A stretch of DNA of 21,928 nt from a virus. Taxonomy: Duplodnaviria > Heunggongvirae > Uroviricota > Caudoviricetes. Positions 1 to 7,572 of this stretch are shown piece by piece. The stretch lies in the IMG/VR virus record IMGVR_UViG_2651869749_000015. The stretch is one strand, 5' to 3'. A program made the translations under genes and the position numbers. How positions within the stretch are numbered: the stretch's first letter is position 1; every line of letters starts with the position of its first letter. Under the pieces are notes generated by a model. The model worked only from the letters and a program-made list of their open reading frames with translations. It did not search any database and was not told the DNA's origin.

Positions 1-90
1 TTGCCTCCCCCCCGTTGATGGGTAAAATAGCCGCAATTTTTCGTTTTCAACAAGCGCGGCGCGATGCCGCTTACTCAAGAAGAAAGAATT

Positions 91-165
91 ATGACGTTGT
101 CTCCTTATTTGCAAGAGGTGGCGAAGCGCCGCACTTTTGCCATTATTTCTCACCCCAATAATTAA
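91..165 (+). pseudogene. prfC: 5' fragment of peptide chain release factor 3 gene, truncated after codon 22 at the prophage junction
   Basis: ATG at 91 translates [22 protein letters not shown], which matches my recollection of the E. coli PrfC N-terminus (normally continuing DAGKTT into the GTPase P-loop). Here the frame reads NN-stop (TAA 163-165) and integrase-associated sequence follows. Confidence 0.55.
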
Positions 166-319
166 GCCCAATTTAAAGCTCTTTTATTCTTTCAAAGTCC
201 TTTCAGTTAATTGAGATTGAGTCATATAACTCATTTAAATACATTTGGTTATGTGGCTTCTTTAATTGAAAATTCTTTCATGTAGCTTTAAATCGATCAG
301 GTTGCTTTCATCAAAAATC

Positions 320-376
320 TGTACATATGCTTGTACATAATGTACAAAGCAGCAGAGGTGTTTTGCGATTTGTACA
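320..376 (+). promoter_or_regulatory. Cluster of four TGTACA hexamers immediately upstream of the integrase start; candidate recombinase/excisionase binding sites overlapping the int promoter
   Basis: TGTACA occurs at 320-325, 332-337, 341-346 and 371-376, each in a TTGTACA(A/T)-like context, within 66 bp of the int ATG (386). Confidence 0.4.
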
Positions 377-385
377 AGGTGAGTA

Positions 386-1609
386 ATGGCGCTGTCTGAT
401 GCGTGGTTGCGTTCAGTTGTTGGAAAGGAACGTGATAAGGTTTTGGTTAAATCCGATCGTGATGGTCTGTCTGTCAGAGTATCACCGAAAGGTCGCGTAG
501 TGTTCCAATATCGTTATCAATGGGCAGGGAAAGGTGAGCGTCTTGATATCGGAACTTACCCGGCAACTGGATTAAAAGAGGCCAGAGAAGAAGTTATCCG
601 TCTCCGTGGTGAACTCGAGTCAAACCGCAATCCACGATTGGTCAAGCAGGCAGAAAAACGCAAAGCTACTGAAGCCATGACTGTAGAGTCTGTGATCCGT
701 GCTTGGTATGAAGCATATTGTGTAAAAAATAAAAAAGGTGCTGAGCAGATACTCCGCTCATTTGAACTGCACCTGTTCTCTAAAATCGGGAGTATCCCTC
801 ACGATGCAGCTACATTGCATGATTGGTTAGAGGTCTTGGAGCCTCTTAGCACTAAGACTCCAGCAATAGCTGACCGATTGCTAATTAACGCAAAGCAGGC
901 CCATGTCTGGGCGTATAAGAGAAAGCTCATTGAAACTCGCCCGCTGTCGGATATCACAGGTAAAGATATGGATATCCGTAAAGGTCAGAAGAAACGGTTT
1001 CTGACACATGATGAAATTAAAATCCTTTATGCTGCGATCGATGGTTCTCGAATGGTTCCTAAATACCGGGCCTTCATTAAACTATTGTTGCATTTTGGCT
1101 GCCGTAGTTCAGAGCTAATTACCGCTAGGGTGGACGATTTTGATTTCATTAATAAGGTATGGACTGTACCGCCAGAACGACATAAGACAGGGGAGATAAC
1201 AGGCGAACCACTAAAGCGGCCCATTATTGGGCCGGTTGAAGAGCTTATAAAATACGTTATCTCTATGAACAACGGTTCCGATATGCTTTTTACTAAGGAA
1301 GGAAGCAGGGAGCCAGTTGGTCGGACATCATTGCAGTCGCTGCCTTACAATTTAATGCAGTTCGCATGGCGACGTTTGGGGTATCAATTCCCTCATTGGT
1401 CTCTTCATGATTTGAGGCGAACAGCACGAACAAACTTTTCTGATCTTACTGCGCCTCATATTGCAGAAATTATGCTTGGTCATAAGTTGCCAGGGGTATG
1501 GCAGGTTTATGACAAGAGCGATTATCTAGAAGAACAGCGTAAAGCCTACCAGGTATGGTGGGAGAGGGTTGAATTGATAGTTGCTTGTATTAGCTCAGAC
1601 CCCAACTGA
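386..1609 (+). CDS. int: Tyrosine site-specific integrase (P4-like family with N-terminal arm-binding domain)
   Basis: 407 aa ORF. Catalytic signature residues are visible: R in FGCRSSEL, H-x-x-R in HDLRRTART, H in LGHKLPG and Y in VYDKSDY. It sits directly beside the prfC junction. SD-like AGGTGA lies 3 nt upstream of the ATG. Confidence 0.92.
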   Translation: MALSDAWLRSVVGKERDKVLVKSDRDGLSVRVSPKGRVVFQYRYQWAGKGERLDIGTYPATGLKEAREEVIRLRGELESNRNPRLVKQAEKRKATEAMTVESVIRAWYEAYCVKNKKGAEQILRSFELHLFSKIGSIPHDAATLHDWLEVLEPLSTKTPAIADRLLINAKQAHVWAYKRKLIETRPLSDITGKDMDIRKGQKKRFLTHDEIKILYAAIDGSRMVPKYRAFIKLLLHFGCRSSELITARVDDFDFINKVWTVPPERHKTGEITGEPLKRPIIGPVEELIKYVISMNNGSDMLFTKEGSREPVGRTSLQSLPYNLMQFAWRRLGYQFPHWSLHDLRRTARTNFSDLTAPHIAEIMLGHKLPGVWQVYDKSDYLEEQRKAYQVWWERVELIVACISSDPN

Positions 1610-1880
1610 CCGTTTGCATAGCTAGAACGAAATAAAATCTGACTGTCCGTTTTGAGCGACAACTAGACCTCAAAATATCTGTTGGATAATGGGGGTAAAA
1701 TACACTTTAAAAAAATATGCTTAATAAGTAACTTATTTTGTTTAAATTTATGAAACACTCTCTAAATTATCTCTTATAATTTAACATTCTTTCTTGATTA
1801 TATGTGTAAAAATATAGTTAAAAATGTTAACTGAGATGCGTGTGTTATTAATGTGTTGATTTCTAATGTTGTTTTTGTTT

Positions 1881-1908
1881 GCGCCTTGAATGCAAGGCGC
1901 TATTTATC
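1881..1908. terminator. GC-rich hairpin between the convergent 3' ends of int and the cargo operon (possible terminator)
   Basis: GCGCCTT-gaatgc-AAGGCGC (7 bp stem, 6 nt loop) at 1881-1900, followed by TATTTAT on the + strand. The T-run is weak on the minus strand, so strand assignment is uncertain. Confidence 0.3.
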
Positions 1909-2401
1909 AAGATAGTCTATTCAGATCAGTATTAGGTGTGCTTCTTTTTGATGCAAAGATGGATTTGAATCTTTTTGAGTAACTATCAAAAAACCATTTT
2001 GTATAATTACCTTCAATTTCCTCTAATATTGAATACTTCATCTCATGAAGTTCATTTTTATAATCACACTTTTTGCTTAACAAGTCTAAAGGTGTTGATC
2101 TGATAGATGACAACTGTTCATCACATAATAATTTCTTACCAATCCTTTGTGATAAATGAGACAGCTGCATTTCAATTAATGAGACACTGGAGGCTAAAAA
2201 ATTATCCAGCTCTAATTCTTTAGTATCTCTAGAAGAGAGCTTATCTAAAACATTATCAAAAAGAGATTCTATTTGCTGACAGATTTTATCCTTTTGCCTT
2301 GAAATATCATTTCGCTTGAATGCTCTATTATTGAAATAAGACGCAACAAGCCAACCAATTATAGCAATCACAATACTTGTATAATTAACCTCTTCCTGCA
2401 T
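1907..2401 (-). CDS. Small single-pass membrane protein of unknown function (third gene of the cargo operon; candidate effector)
   Basis: ORF with ATG at 2401 (GTG at 2404 one codon upstream). Hydrophobic helix YTSIVIAIIGWLVASYF near the N-terminus, followed by a polar, charged region. Its start overlaps the stop of the upstream gene by 17 nt. Low GC. Confidence 0.6.
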   Translation of the reverse strand: MQEEVNYTSIVIAIIGWLVASYFNNRAFKRNDISRQKDKICQQIESLFDNVLDKLSSRDTKELELDNFLASSVSLIEMQLSHLSQRIGKKLLCDEQLSSIRSTPLDLLSKKCDYKNELHEMKYSILEEIEGNYTKWFFDSYSKRFKSIFASKRSTPNTDLNRLS

Positions 2402-2717
2402 CACTCTCTGCCTTATTCAATCGTTCATCAATCAAGGTCTCAATACTCTTAATATCTTTATGAGTATAAGTTAGTTTTTTCTTAAGTTCGCTTAATGTGT
2501 AGCCTTCTACTCGGATCAAGCCACCAAACGCTTCATCAATAAATGAACGCCCATAACGGTTATATCCAGTCAACTCAACATGAACTAAATCATACTCTTT
2601 GAGAAAGCCTGCCAGATATTTGCGAAAGTTTTCCCCACAGCCTGCCCCATCGTCTGGATAGCGCCCGTAAGGCTTACTGTTGAAGTCTTTGATAACATTG
2701 ATGTTTTTAGTCTTCAT
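2385..2717 (-). CDS. Small STAS-like protein (DUF4325-type, anti-sigma-antagonist-like fold) - putative partner of the adjacent kinase
   Basis: 110 aa. The segment DLVHVELTGYNRYGRSFIDEAFGGLIRVEG matches the pattern I recall for DUF4325/STAS-like proteins (V-x-L-D/E-F/L-x-G-V, then SF-x-DE-x-F-G-x-L). Its ATG overlaps the stop of the upstream ATPase gene (2707-2717). Assignment is from memory, not an HMM hit. Confidence 0.6.
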   Translation of the reverse strand: MKTKNINVIKDFNSKPYGRYPDDGAGCGENFRKYLAGFLKEYDLVHVELTGYNRYGRSFIDEAFGGLIRVEGYTLSELKKKLTYTHKDIKSIETLIDERLNKAESDAGRG

Positions 2718-3816
2718 AGCTGACCTTGATGTTCCACTGAATTAAAGTACCTGGTACTTTATGAGTTAACTCATTAATTTTATCACCTTTCTTATTAGAA
2801 AGCTTGAACATACCTAAATTACTGTAAATCCAAAGGTTTCCATGTTCATTATTTAGTACTAGAGCTTTAATACTCTTACTTCCTTGACCATGTTTATCAT
2901 TGGCTGTACCGGTTACGTCTCCAATCATAGAAATTGCTATTTTTACTGCATCAGAAACAATACCAACTTTTACTTTAGAGCGCTCTTTATAACCTAAACC
3001 TATTCTCTCAAGTTCTTCGTTAACCGCAACCTTTAGATCTGGATATTTTGATTTGAGCGTACTCATAAACCATGTCTTTTGCATTACAGTTTCAGGTATA
3101 CCAACACCTTCATCATATATAGCAAGATACAGCTGGTCATGAATTACGTGACATGCAAGCCACCATCGTTTCTCATCATTATTTTTATGCGGATAGGCGT
3201 GTAAACCAACATTATTTATTGCTTCCTGAACAGCATCTGCATATGTATGTTCTGTTTCAGGTTTCATCTTGTTTTTATAAATTTCTTTCTGGATGAAATC
3301 TATAATCTCATCTCTATATTCTCCTCCTACCCCGCTAATAATGGGCAAGTTTTCAACGTTTTCGAAGACAGGTTTTAATTTTTCGCCCCGACATAAGGCG
3401 ACAAGCCCCGAGTCTCTTAAAAGCTGATTGACTTTAAAATCTGTTGAAAATAATAATCTGTACGATAAACCTTTACGAATTGAAGTTTCAACACTGGCAT
3501 AAAGTATTACTAATGCTGCCATTTTTATTGTTTTTGTATTTGTAAAATCTAAATATAATCTCTCATCAGGATTGTATTTTTTATTCCTGACGTGATTTAT
3601 CGAGTGTAGAGAGTGCGCAAAAAAATTAGGCTTATCTGGTGAATATATTGAAAACTCAGATGGAAACCGAATAAAGTTATTATCTTTTTTCTTTTGAGAT
3701 TTTTTTTGTTGACGAAACTGCGAATACTCTTTCCCTTGACGGGAAACACTTCGCTGCCATCTTTTAAAAGCCAGCCTAATTCTTACACTTTTTTCCTTAT
3801 TGGTCTTGTTTTCCAT
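2707..3816 (-). CDS. GHKL-superfamily ATPase / RsbW-SpoIIAB-like serine kinase domain protein with a basic N-terminal tail
   Basis: 369 aa. Bergerat-fold motifs in the C-terminal half: N-box QEAINNVGLHAY (residues ~197-208), G1 box IYDEGVGIP (D235-G239; confirmed as gatgaaggtgttggt on the minus strand at 3100-3114), G2-like RIGLGY, and C-terminal GTLIQWNIKV. Start ATG at 3816 is preceded by SD AGGAGA. First ~45 residues are very K/R/Q-rich. Confidence 0.75.
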   Translation of the reverse strand: MENKTNKEKSVRIRLAFKRWQRSVSRQGKEYSQFRQQKKSQKKKDNNFIRFPSEFSIYSPDKPNFFAHSLHSINHVRNKKYNPDERLYLDFTNTKTIKMAALVILYASVETSIRKGLSYRLLFSTDFKVNQLLRDSGLVALCRGEKLKPVFENVENLPIISGVGGEYRDEIIDFIQKEIYKNKMKPETEHTYADAVQEAINNVGLHAYPHKNNDEKRWWLACHVIHDQLYLAIYDEGVGIPETVMQKTWFMSTLKSKYPDLKVAVNEELERIGLGYKERSKVKVGIVSDAVKIAISMIGDVTGTANDKHGQGSKSIKALVLNNEHGNLWIYSNLGMFKLSNKKGDKINELTHKVPGTLIQWNIKVSYED

Positions 3817-3981
3817 GTGTCTCCTATCAATATGCTGTTCTTTTCATACTACGAATGATAGTACAATTAAACCAAGATTGGTATACAGACTACACGTCGT
3901 CCAGCACAAAAATTTTGTTGGTGGGTGAGATTTAAAAACTTAGTTAAATCATGTAGATACGATTGATTGAGTATAAAAATA

Positions 3982-4023
3982 CCGTTCTTAGCCATGCTCA
4001 AGAACGGCTTGGTTTTGTTGTTG
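3982..4023. terminator. Hairpin with flanking T/A runs; likely bidirectional intrinsic terminator insulating the cargo operon from the early-left operon
   Basis: CCGTTCTT-agccatgctc-AAGAACGG (8 bp stem) at 3982-4007, followed by CTTGGTTTTGTTGTTG on + and preceded by ATAAAAATA, which gives a T-run on the minus strand. Confidence 0.4.
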
Positions 4024-4563
4024 ATAAAAATACTAAAGCTTTAACGAGTCTTAAATCAGTATTGAAATAAAAAACTCAAATTAATTAATAAGAGGTTTGT
4101 TATTGAAAAAACATAACCCAAGAAAATTCATTAATTTTGAGTTTCAATTAACACAAAACACAACTTAATAATGCTCATGAATATATTAAATCATTAATGC
4201 AGATAGTATTATTACCGAATGAGAACACAGCAATTTAGCTTATTCTGCCCTATTTATACCACTGCTCCTGACCTTGTGTGGTGGCAGGAGCATCAGCCCA
4301 GTCACGATTCTTGGGTTGCTGACTTGGGGCACGATCATTACTTGACACATTCTACTTTTCTTCCTTGAGAACCTTAATATTTCCATATGTCGCTACTTTA
4401 CACTCCTGCTTTCAGGCCTACACTTCGCTTACCATTAACATATTGTATTTCTTGGTATCAGCCGATGACTTTACCCTTTTGGGGCTCGGGACATTTTCTC
4501 TTGTATCTTTCAGGAAAATATTAAATAACCATTTATCCATATAGTGATGTCAACTAATAGCTA

Positions 4564-4758
4564 CTACTCAATAATTCCAGCAAATCTGTATATCTTGTGT
4601 GATGCCCATTTATTTGGGCAGGATTTAATATCCGGATCTGGAAACTCAGGCCTGTATTTCTGGCCAGTTCTCCTGTTTACGCTGTTCCAGCGAAGAACGG
4701 TCGATACTGAAACGCCACAGAAGTCGGCGACTTGTTTAGTTGTCATTAAGTTGTTCAT
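4564..4758 (-). CDS. Excisionase-like / AlpA-family small HTH DNA-binding protein
   Basis: 64 aa, MNNLMTTKQVADFCGVSVSTVLRWNSVNRRTGQ... with a helix-turn-helix. It is the last gene of the leftward operon, on the integrase side of the prophage. Confidence 0.55.
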   Translation of the reverse strand: MNNLMTTKQVADFCGVSVSTVLRWNSVNRRTGQKYRPEFPDPDIKSCPNKWASHKIYRFAGIIE

Positions 4759-5930
4759 TACTTCACCTCCTGCGGCGGTTCCGGTAGCGGCATCCAGTGG
4801 GTTACTTTCGATGCCGGTTCTTCCCCATTGTCAGTAACTGCCCACCATTTGTTTCTCGACCAATCGTAATACCCTTCGAAGGTATCGCACTCAGTCCAGC
4901 CGTAAGACTTACCCCAACACCAAACATACTGTTTATCGTTCGGCATTCGCTCACTACAGCTTATCCAACCATCCGGAGTTACCGGAGAGTTGCCATTCAC
5001 AAGGTCAGCTCGAACATATAGCGTGTCATCATGGTGCTGATTGTGGCTGCACCACGTTAATTCGCTTAACTCGCCATCTTCTGGCCATACTCCAGCTGTT
5101 TGCAGCCAGATATGGGCTGGCGCATCTTGGCAAGGTGTATTAACTGGCAACTTGTAAGTTTGGCTTACAGGTTGGCTACCCTGAAGCATGGCCGCGCGGC
5201 AGGCATTCCACCCCTTCACATAACCGAACGCCATCAACTGATCATTCATGGCGGGCAGCATTGTGTGGGTCGTACTGATTTCCTCCGGCACTACTGGCGA
5301 TGGCTGTTTGGCTTCTAAATCAGCAATTCTGTCAACTACGGCATCGACAGCATCTGAAAAACTGAAACAGTTACTCCACTCCGGCCAGTTCCCGGTTGCT
5401 GCAAAGTACATATCTGCTAAAGCAGATTCAGCATGGTCACGCTCGTTAATGAGTTGCTCTTCGCTTTTCTCCAGTTCAGCAATACGCTTCTCTGCGGCTT
5501 CTGCCCTGCATTGTTCCCGTTGGAACATTTTGTGGGTGCGGTCGAGCGCCTCAAGTCTGGCTGCTGATGTTTTCTCTTCTGCTTCAAGCTCAACGCGCAG
5601 CTTCCCAACCGTAAGCGCAATATCCTCGTTCTCCTGGTCGCGGGATTTGATGTATTGCTGGTTTCTTTCCCGTTCATCCAGTAGTGCCAGCGCAACATTT
5701 GGATTAAAAGCAGCAATAAATTCAGCGTTTGCATAAGCCTGAACATCTGTTTCAATCAGGCAGTTAACATGACATTCCGCAATCACGCCACCGGGTTCTC
5801 CTTTCCATTTTTGACAAACAAAAACTCCTGTTAAATTGCCGTGTTGGTTAACAGATGTATGCCCTACGATGTAGCTTCCTTTAGTTGCTTTCTCTGCCTT
5901 TTCACGCAGTGCCTGATAGTCAATTGTCAT
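4758..5930 (-). CDS. Ea22-like early protein with C-terminal DUF551-like domain
   Basis: Coiled-coil-like acidic middle region and a C-terminal W/C-rich segment ending VTHWMPLPEPP. Probable start is the ATG at 5930, which overlaps the upstream stop as ATGA and has AAGG upstream; the long ORF starts at 5939. Confidence 0.55.
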   Translation of the reverse strand: MTIDYQALREKAEKATKGSYIVGHTSVNQHGNLTGVFVCQKWKGEPGGVIAECHVNCLIETDVQAYANAEFIAAFNPNVALALLDERERNQQYIKSRDQENEDIALTVGKLRVELEAEEKTSAARLEALDRTHKMFQREQCRAEAAEKRIAELEKSEEQLINERDHAESALADMYFAATGNWPEWSNCFSFSDAVDAVVDRIADLEAKQPSPVVPEEISTTHTMLPAMNDQLMAFGYVKGWNACRAAMLQGSQPVSQTYKLPVNTPCQDAPAHIWLQTAGVWPEDGELSELTWCSHNQHHDDTLYVRADLVNGNSPVTPDGWISCSERMPNDKQYVWCWGKSYGWTECDTFEGYYDWSRNKWWAVTDNGEEPASKVTHWMPLPEPPQEVK

Positions 5931-6571
5931 TCTCGCCATCCTTCACAGTTGTAATCACTACAGCCTTCAAAATCATATGGGTTGTACTGCCAGGTGATTT
6001 TTCCGCAATGCGGACAATTCCAACGCACCTTCCCGCTTCGCGACTTCTTTCTTCTGTTCTGCTTTTTCAACCAGTCAGGCATGACCAAACCTGCGCCCTG
6101 AACCATTGTTCTGCGGTTAAAGTTATTGATATTGAACGTCCGGCGCTTTGCTGAATCAGCAATGGAAAATGGCAACCAAACTATTCCTGGTTCGTTTTTG
6201 TTGGCGACGCTAAAGATGGTCGCTTTACTGAAGTCATCTGTTGGCAATCCACCGTGTTGAAGCCAGTAAACATCGTTGCCGTTCCAGCTACTTTTTTTGT
6301 AGGCCACATACGCAGTGCAATCTGGCTCAATCAGGTTTTCTGTAGGGATGTACTGGTAATCAACGTGCCACACAGCCATTGCATCCACGCTATCAGCGCA
6401 AACAGGCTGATCGATATCTCGACCACAATTCCAGGCTTTTTGGGCTTCTTCCAGCGTGTAAACATGAGCGCGATCGATATTAGAACTGTAACCATTGCCG
6501 TTATGGCAATGGAATGAAGCGTTATTACCCACAGTTTCACGCAAGCACATCATGTAAAAGCGGTTATTCAC
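5927..6571 (-). CDS. Phage early protein with C-terminal zinc-ribbon (CPHCG...C..C); YfdT-like position
   Basis: ORF 5927-6604. Probable true start is GTG at 6571, preceded by AGGAGG with a 6 nt spacer and overlapping the upstream TGA as GTGA. C-terminal CxxC...CxxC motif. Confidence 0.5.
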   Translation of the reverse strand: MNNRFYMMCLRETVGNNASFHCHNGNGYSSNIDRAHVYTLEEAQKAWNCGRDIDQPVCADSVDAMAVWHVDYQYIPTENLIEPDCTAYVAYKKSSWNGNDVYWLQHGGLPTDDFSKATIFSVANKNEPGIVWLPFSIADSAKRRTFNINNFNRRTMVQGAGLVMPDWLKKQNRRKKSRSGKVRWNCPHCGKITWQYNPYDFEGCSDYNCEGWRE

Positions 6572-6918
6572 TGGTTGCCTCCTTTGCGAATCTGTTCCGC
6601 CCATTCTTCAAGGGATTTCTCCGCATATTCACCGGACAGACCATCAATCGGGTGCGGTTCATTAGCCAACTCATCTTTCGCTGACAGAATCATGCGTGTA
6701 ACGTCGAAAACTTCACGTAAAGACTTATTGATAAATCCGTGATTGAACGCAGCAGCAAGGCGGCTTGCGGTATAGTTAATACCCTCGTTGCGAGCCTCAG
6801 CACGTACTTCATCGAATTTACGCACCAGATACTCAGCATTTGTTTCATTCACTTTCAGATCTCGCGGTACACATTTCCCGCGAAGAAACCCTTCCATTTC
6901 GAAAACATTCATGCGCAT
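6568..6918 (-). CDS. Hypothetical early-left operon protein (YfdS-like position)
   Basis: 116 aa ORF with GGAG 9 nt upstream of the ATG at 6918. Start overlaps the upstream gene stop. Confidence 0.55.
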   Translation of the reverse strand: MRMNVFEMEGFLRGKCVPRDLKVNETNAEYLVRKFDEVRAEARNEGINYTASRLAAAFNHGFINKSLREVFDVTRMILSAKDELANEPHPIDGLSGEYAEKSLEEWAEQIRKGGNQ

Positions 6919-7445
6919 TTGCGTAACTCCGATAACTCGTTAAAACGTTCCATAAACATCCCGTAGGCATGGCCCGGTGCCAGTGGAATCACGTTGAACA
7001 TCTCTGTTGCCGGGATGCCTTCCAGTACAGGCCAGAAAGAGCCATCATCAAGCCCGAGATCGCGGCGTTCGGTTGCCAGCATGATGAGATCGGCATATTT
7101 CACGGGCGTACTCATAACCGGGGGTAACCCGTATTTCTCACGGATTACGGCGTCTATTTTTTCTTCCATCTGTTTATAGTCAGGAAGAAGGCGTTTCAGT
7201 GGAGCGGGGATGTCCTGGCAATACGCTTCTGTTGCATCATGCATTAACGCTTCAAAAGCAAATTCCTGCGGTACCAGCTGGCTGCAAAGAACCGCATGTT
7301 GGGCGACGCTGTAGAAGTGCGAAAGATGACCGGCAAAGCGACAGATATTTGAAAGGGAAACCGCGATATCGTTAATATCGATGTCGTCTTTATTTATCCT
7401 GTCATAATAAAAATGCTTACCGGAAAAAGTTTTAATAAATGACAT
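6909..7445 (-). CDS. yfdR: HD-domain phosphohydrolase (YfdR-like 5'-deoxynucleotidase family)
   Basis: H...HD metal-binding motif (SVAQHAVL ... ALMHDATEAY). The 178 aa product from the ATG at 7445 (MSFIKTFSGKHFYYD..., GGAG 8 nt upstream) matches my recollection of CPS-53 YfdR; the six-frame ORF extends 9 codons further to 7472. Confidence 0.7.
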   Translation of the reverse strand: MSFIKTFSGKHFYYDRINKDDIDINDIAVSLSNICRFAGHLSHFYSVAQHAVLCSQLVPQEFAFEALMHDATEAYCQDIPAPLKRLLPDYKQMEEKIDAVIREKYGLPPVMSTPVKYADLIMLATERRDLGLDDGSFWPVLEGIPATEMFNVIPLAPGHAYGMFMERFNELSELRKCA

Positions 7446-7572
7446 TTTGTTCTCCACGTATATGCGCTGCACCGCGCTGAATTCTGGTAAAAGGAAGCCC
7501 TCACCATCCGGCGATTATTGAGTTAATTACGTTTCCATAAATGCCCCCGCAGGGGCATTTGCAGTAATGAAA

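Noticed and set aside
5100-5755. Plus-strand ORFs 5100-5318 and 5248-5736 and minus-strand ORF 5417-5755 inside the Ea22-like gene
   Set aside because: Serine/alanine-rich or low-complexity translations antisense to, or out of frame with, a translationally coupled operon gene; no SD; considered spurious.
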